Positions 58,712-64,000 of a stretch of DNA of 64,000 bases are shown here, one piece after another. The position numbers and the translations under genes were made by a program. A model generated the notes under the pieces. That model ran no database searches and was not told the DNA's origin. It was given only the letters and a program-made list of their open reading frames with translations. Position 1 is the stretch's first letter. Each line of letters opens with the position of its first letter. The DNA is from Hyaloraphidium curvatum SAG 235-1 (Eukaryota; Fungi; Monoblepharomycota): assembly GCA_025558095.1 (NCBI GenBank), contig JAIVFI010000007.1, forward strand, positions 434,001 through 498,000, written 5' to 3'.

Positions 58712-59861
58712 ATGGTCCTGCATCTGGTCGGCTTGGGGCTGGCGGACGAGAAGGATGTGACTGTCAAGGGCCTGGAGGCGATTCGCAAGTCGAAGCGCGT
58801 TTACCTGGAGGCCTACACGAGTATTCTGCTAGTCGACAAGGAGCGTCTGGTAGGAGACGGCACCTCGCCATGAAGCAAAGGAGCTCTAGAGCCGTGGTCC
58901 GCCATGGTGGTGTCAGGAAGAGTTCTACGGGAAGAAGGTCGAGGTGGCCGACCGAGAGTTCGTGGAACAGGAGGCAGATCGGATTCTCGAAGGCGCCGAG
59001 ACGGACGACGTCTCTTTCCTCGTCGTCGGGGATCCATTCGGGTGCGAAAGATGCCGTCGACCTCGGACGTGTCCCATCTTGACCTGGGAATGTGCGATGC
59101 GGACACAACAGGGCGACTACGCACACGGACCTCGTGGTCCGCGCCAAGGAGCGCGGAATCCCGGTCGTCTCGATACACAATGCCTCCATCATGAACGCCG
59201 TCGGAGCCTGCGGCTTGCAGCTTTACAGCTACGGCCCGGCCGTGTCGATTGTGTTCTTCACGGATACGTGGAGACCGGACAGCTTCTACGACAAGATCAA
59301 GATCAATCGGCAGCACGGCTTCCACACCCTCTGTCTGCTAGGTGCGATTGCCGGCGACCCACAAGTACAGTGATTGATCATGGTGCGCGCCATCTAGATA
59401 TCAAGGTCAAGGAGCAGAGCATCGAGAACCTCGCACGGTGGGCCGAACCTGTCAACACGACGACCTCCAGTTAAGCCCTTCGATCCAGCGGCAGGAAAAT
59501 CTACGAGCCTCCGCGGTACATGACAGTCAACCAGGCTGTCGAGCAGTTGCTGGAGATCGAGGACAGGCGGAGAGAAGGAGGTACGGATCGCGATCGCCGC
59601 CCATCGGCGCCGGGCTGCTGACAATCGTGGCGCGCAGTATACGGGAGAGATACGATCGCAGTCGGGATGGCGCGCGTGGGCGCCCAAACGCAGCACATTG
59701 CCGCGGGTTCCATGGAAGAGCTCCTGACGCATGACTTTGGCCCGCCGCTGCACACCCTGATCATTCCGGGGACGATGCATTTTCTCGAGACGGAACTGTT
59801 GCGGACGTTTGCGATATCGCCGGAGCGATTCGATGCGCTTGTACCGAAGGAAAGCGAATGA
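58712..59861 (+). CDS. DPH5: Diphthine methyl ester synthase
   Basis: [32 protein letters not shown]|[28 protein letters not shown]. Confidence 0.97.
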
Positions 59862-59980
59862 TCGATTCTCAACGAGTCAGTCGGGAGTGGGCCGGAAGGG
59901 CCGACGGCCCACGACAATACATCCCTCGCCCAGTTGCGAATCCGTCATCTCGTCATGACGGGCCGCTCCTACCCGCCACA

Positions 59981-62900
59981 ATGATCAATAATTGGCTCCG
60001 CCTCAATCTGGGCGGTGCCAGTAAGGGTCCGGACGACAGGTTCGCGGAGGCAGCGGGGGATGTGGGAGCCTGGTCCTCACGCGAAGGCTGCCGCAGCAAA
60101 CGCCAGGAAGTCCGGATCCTGTTTCGGCGTTGTGCCGAGGCGCAGACGGAGCAGGTGGAGAGCTCCGCGACGCGGCGCGTCGCGATGGCGCTGACAGCGC
60201 GCGTTCCCCATGAAGGAGCAAGATGGCTACCTGCACCTTCTGCTCCCACTGTACATCGAATGCTTCGGAGGCGCGACGGAAGGTGCCATCGCGGAGAGCG
60301 TCGGAACCCTGGTGGACCTGAGGAAGTTTGCCGCTCTGCTCGGGAAGAAGGTCGAGAGGACGGTCGTTCCCTACTTCCAACCCGGGTCTCTGCCAATTGG
60401 TTGGTCTGGGAAACGGCTGGAAAGGAACGGTCTTGCTGATGGCTGCGTTATGCTGGGACAGAGTTACTTCTGGCTTTGCGAACGTCGGACTCGGGCCTGC
60501 AGGCTCTGGATATCCTCACCAAAGGCCCGGTAAGTCCCGGCCAAGCTGTTTCGATTCCCGCGGCTTGACGTTTTTCTGCAGGCCATCGTCTTCGAGGGTC
60601 TTGCGAGGAGCAGGACCGCTTCCTTGTTGGCCCACGTCGCGTCGGTCCTACCGCGCGCGTCCGCCGCGGTGTTGCCAGCTCTCGCCGGGACTGCGAGACT
60701 CGACGGGGATGGGGAAAGGAGGGCGCTGTCCGGCAGCGAATCGGAGGGTGCTGATTCTTCCGGGGGAGATCGTGCACGGCGAGATCCTCGGATAGTGCGC
60801 GCGGACGACGTGCCCGTGATCGCCCAAGCTCTGTTCGGCCTCCTTCGGCGATGCCTCTCGCGCCCGGAGGTTTGCCTCGAGATTGACGAGCCTGGGAACT
60901 CTGCGCTCGCCGACATCTTCACCGTGGCCTCGCTGGCTCCGACACAGGATGGGTCCGAAGCTGTCACACAGCTCCAGCAAGGCTGGAGGCAAAGGTCTCG
61001 AGCATTGCCGCAGGATCTGGGCCGGAAGTCTCACATGAGTCGCTTCACAGTGCCATCAGCCTCGTGGAAAGTCTCTTGCGGTCCCGTTTACCGCACCGGG
61101 CGAAACTGCTGGACGCGGTCATTCGCCAAAACTGCCTTGGCATTGCTCTTCAAGATCTTCGCAATGGCTCTGGGCCGTACAACCAACCTGTGTTGGATCT
61201 CCTCCTCGTCGTCTTCACGGTGCGTGTTTGTTCCTTCTTTTAGCCGTGACCTGCCTGACAGTTAGGACATTAGGAATCCGTCACCTTCTACAGCAGTGGG
61301 CTGCTTGACGAGTTCAATGCCTCCGGTGGCTACTCCGCACTACAGAAGCTGCTGTGTGAAACGACGGATGACTCTCTGGCCGTGAGATCGATACCCTGGG
61401 CCCTTCTCTGTTTGGGCAGGTGCTGACCCGTACCTTGCAGGCCGGCGTGATAAACTTTCTGGAACGCCTCGTTTACATCGGACCACACGATTTGACGCAG
61501 ACGATACAAGAGGAAGATTCGTTCCATTTCCAGCACGGCGATTTTCGCCTTCCGTCGAACAACGGTGGTGAGCGCGAAGGATGAGTTGATTCGCGACCCA
61601 TTCTCAACGCCCTATGCGCACCAGGACCTAGCGTCAGAAATCCGGACGCATTTCGATGCCTTGTGGATTCTTTTCTTGCCAGCGCTTCCGAAGATTCGAC
61701 CGTCGGCCTCCCTGATGACGGCGGCGTTGCGGATAAGCTGTTCAGGGCGATGGAGACGGTCCTGCGGATAAATCCTTTGAACTACTTCATCCTCGAGCCC
61801 TCCAAGTTTCTGCTGCGCATGGTCGAAAAGTTGGACGTTCTCCGACCGTCCTACAGGGTAAGGCGACTGATCAGCAGCGAGACCGCTTTTCTGATACCCT
61901 TTCTACCCAGCAAAAAGTGATGCAACTGGTGGAGTACGCACTCATCGATCTCAATTACGTCCCGTTCAAGGAGATCGCGTGCTTGTGCATCCATTTCAAC
62001 GGTAGGGCCCGCTGTCGCATTCAGATCGCAGTCCGCTTATGTTTTCCATTAGACACCTCGGCGTCACCCGTGACTGCAATGATTGCGCAGGCGTTGTCTC
62101 GATTCCTTGGGTTGTCGAAACGCCTTGGCAGCATCTATCGAGACGTTGGTCTCGTCACCATTCTCGGCAACATGACCTTCGACATGGCGACGAATCTGCG
62201 TCGACTGCTGGGCAGTTTCCTTTCGGAATCATCGCTTGCGTCGGCGGATGCGTCGTCCCTCTCGCTCGTTGAAGTCGGCTCTGAAGATGGCCAGCCTTCC
62301 GCCGTGCAGCTGGTCGGATCGGCAGACGAGCTGCGTTCAAGCCGGCGGAAGCCGTACACGCGGTTCCCCCCAACGATTCTCGAGAACTACAACGCTATGA
62401 TGGCGCTTGCCATGCAGTTGTTGGAAGGTGACGTGGAAAGCTGCGGCGTCTGGATCAGGTGTGCCAAAGGGTACGCTTTGCCGTGAGATTCCCCATCGTT
62501 CGGCTCATCTCCCGTAATAGCGCGCTCCTTGACCTTGTCGCGGTGGACGAGCTTCGTCCCTCGGCTCTCAAGGTCATGCGCACCATAGGTCTGGCCCTAG
62601 CCTCGCGAGACAAGGCGGCGGTCGGCAACGAGTTCGACAAGATATTTGTCGCTGTCATTGAGACGATTCTCAGCGCACCTGCGCGGAGTGTTGCCTTCAA
62701 GGCCGATGTCTTTGAGGTCAGCACAGTGCCTGCTCCCTGCTTTGTCGAATCTGAAACAGGTCGCCCCTGCTAGGTCATTGGCGAGCTAATGTCGTTTGCT
62801 CCGGTTTTCAAATCTTCCTTCCGTGAAGCCGGAGGCTACATGACTGCGGTTTCCATTCTTGCTTCCCTGGAGGACGTCTTCCTGCGCTCCCCGCCGTTCC

Positions 62901-64000
62901 CTCTCGACTCGGACTTGGTCGTACCTCACGGACATCTCGCTGCGGTCGCAAGCGTTGGGACGGAACAGGAGCGTGAGAGCATCATTCGCTCCTACAATCT
63001 GGCGGAGGACTTGGCACCGTCTTCGGCGCTGGCCGTTGATTACCCCGCCTGTGCGCGCTTGGTGAACGCCAGCTTGCTAGTTCTAATGGAAGCGTCGAAG
63101 AACGACGAAACCGGAAGGGCTTTGCTGGCCGCCGAGCTCGATTCGCTCATGCAGGCGATCAGACTCAGCGGTATCCTGCAGACTCGCTGGGCTGCGCATC
63201 TCCTGGGGACTCTGTTCTCGCTGGCACTGGAGGACGGCAGTCTGCAGCAAGTCTTTGTCGGGAACACGTGGGAAGCGCCTTTGGAATCCACGTGGGCCTC
63301 ACCCTCGGACGATCCGACGCAACGCTCCGGGTCTTCGTCGTCCTTGGGATCGGCAATGAAGGAGGAGTCCGCCGCGACGCAGCAGGTGACTGCCCTGCGA
63401 AACACCATGGCGAGGTCAACGAGGTTGCTGCGTAATCCGTCGACGTTGGTCGCTCTGTTGGCTTTGCTACCCGATCTCGGCGGCGCGGCACCTCCCAAGT
63501 TGGGCTACGCGTGCCTCATTGCGATCCATGGTCTGTCGCTGGGAAATAGGGGTAACCACGCGCGTATGAGTGGTGCCGCCATGCTCATGCGCCTGCTTGT
63601 GGATCTGTATGCTGCCGAGGGCTGGCTGGCTCCGCACAATGCGCACGCGCAACCTTTGCGGACGCAGTGCCGAGAAACGGCTAGGTTGCTGGCGATGCGC
63701 TTACTCGAGCTCGGCGTCGCTTCGGACACCGAACTTCGTTTCCTGTTCGAGCAAGCCAACCCTGACGCTCCGTGGAACCGCGAAGACCCCGCAATCCTGA
63801 ACGATGTCGCGGAAGTGATCTTGCACGGGATCAAATATGGTCGCACGCCGGCGCACGTTCATTTCGACCATAGGACTAGCTCCCTTTCCGGGGTGATGAT
63901 GGAGAACCAGAGCGTCAACTCGTCCTTCCCGCCCAACGGATGGAGCTACTCGATCTGGCTTCGCGTCCAGGACTTCGATCCGCTGGGGAACGTGAACCTG
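59981..64000 (+). CDS. Large BEACH-family protein (WDFY3/Alfy-like), 5' part, multi-exon
   Basis: Long helical-repeat exons ending in HFD...FPPNGWSYSIWLRV (laminin-G/ConA-like start seen in BEACH proteins); BEACH domain itself is outside the window. Confidence 0.65.

Noticed and set aside
1-64000. tRNA or rRNA genes
   Set aside because: None recognised by eye; a tRNAscan-SE or Rfam scan would be needed to exclude them.

Overview
Very gene-dense, GC-rich eukaryotic DNA with short (about 45-70 nt) spliceosomal introns. The gene set (MCD4, SEC63, SIN3, RAP1, BUD13, THOC7, RRP7, DPH5, TRM112, CIA2, animal-type HPRT, MEA1, ARMH3, a TMEM237-like ciliary gene, a BEACH-family gene) suggests an early-diverging, zoosporic-lineage fungus (inference). 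About 28 host genes are interrupted by two IS630/Tc1-mariner-type DNA transposons, each between a divergently transcribed gene pair. (1) 17848-21608 has imperfect TIRs and a TA duplication, and carries a DD34E transposase plus a PHD-finger cargo gene. (2) About 35265-43650 is the main finding. Six minus-strand ORFs join through five canonical GT-AG introns, every junction in frame, into one predicted ~2640-aa protein. It has an N-terminal IS630/Tc1 DDE transposase (unusual DD56E spacing), zinc fingers, and a C-terminal Fanzor (eukaryotic TnpB-like) RuvC nuclease with D-E-D catalytic residues present. A structured candidate omegaRNA follows. All calls are from manual motif recognition; no searches were run.
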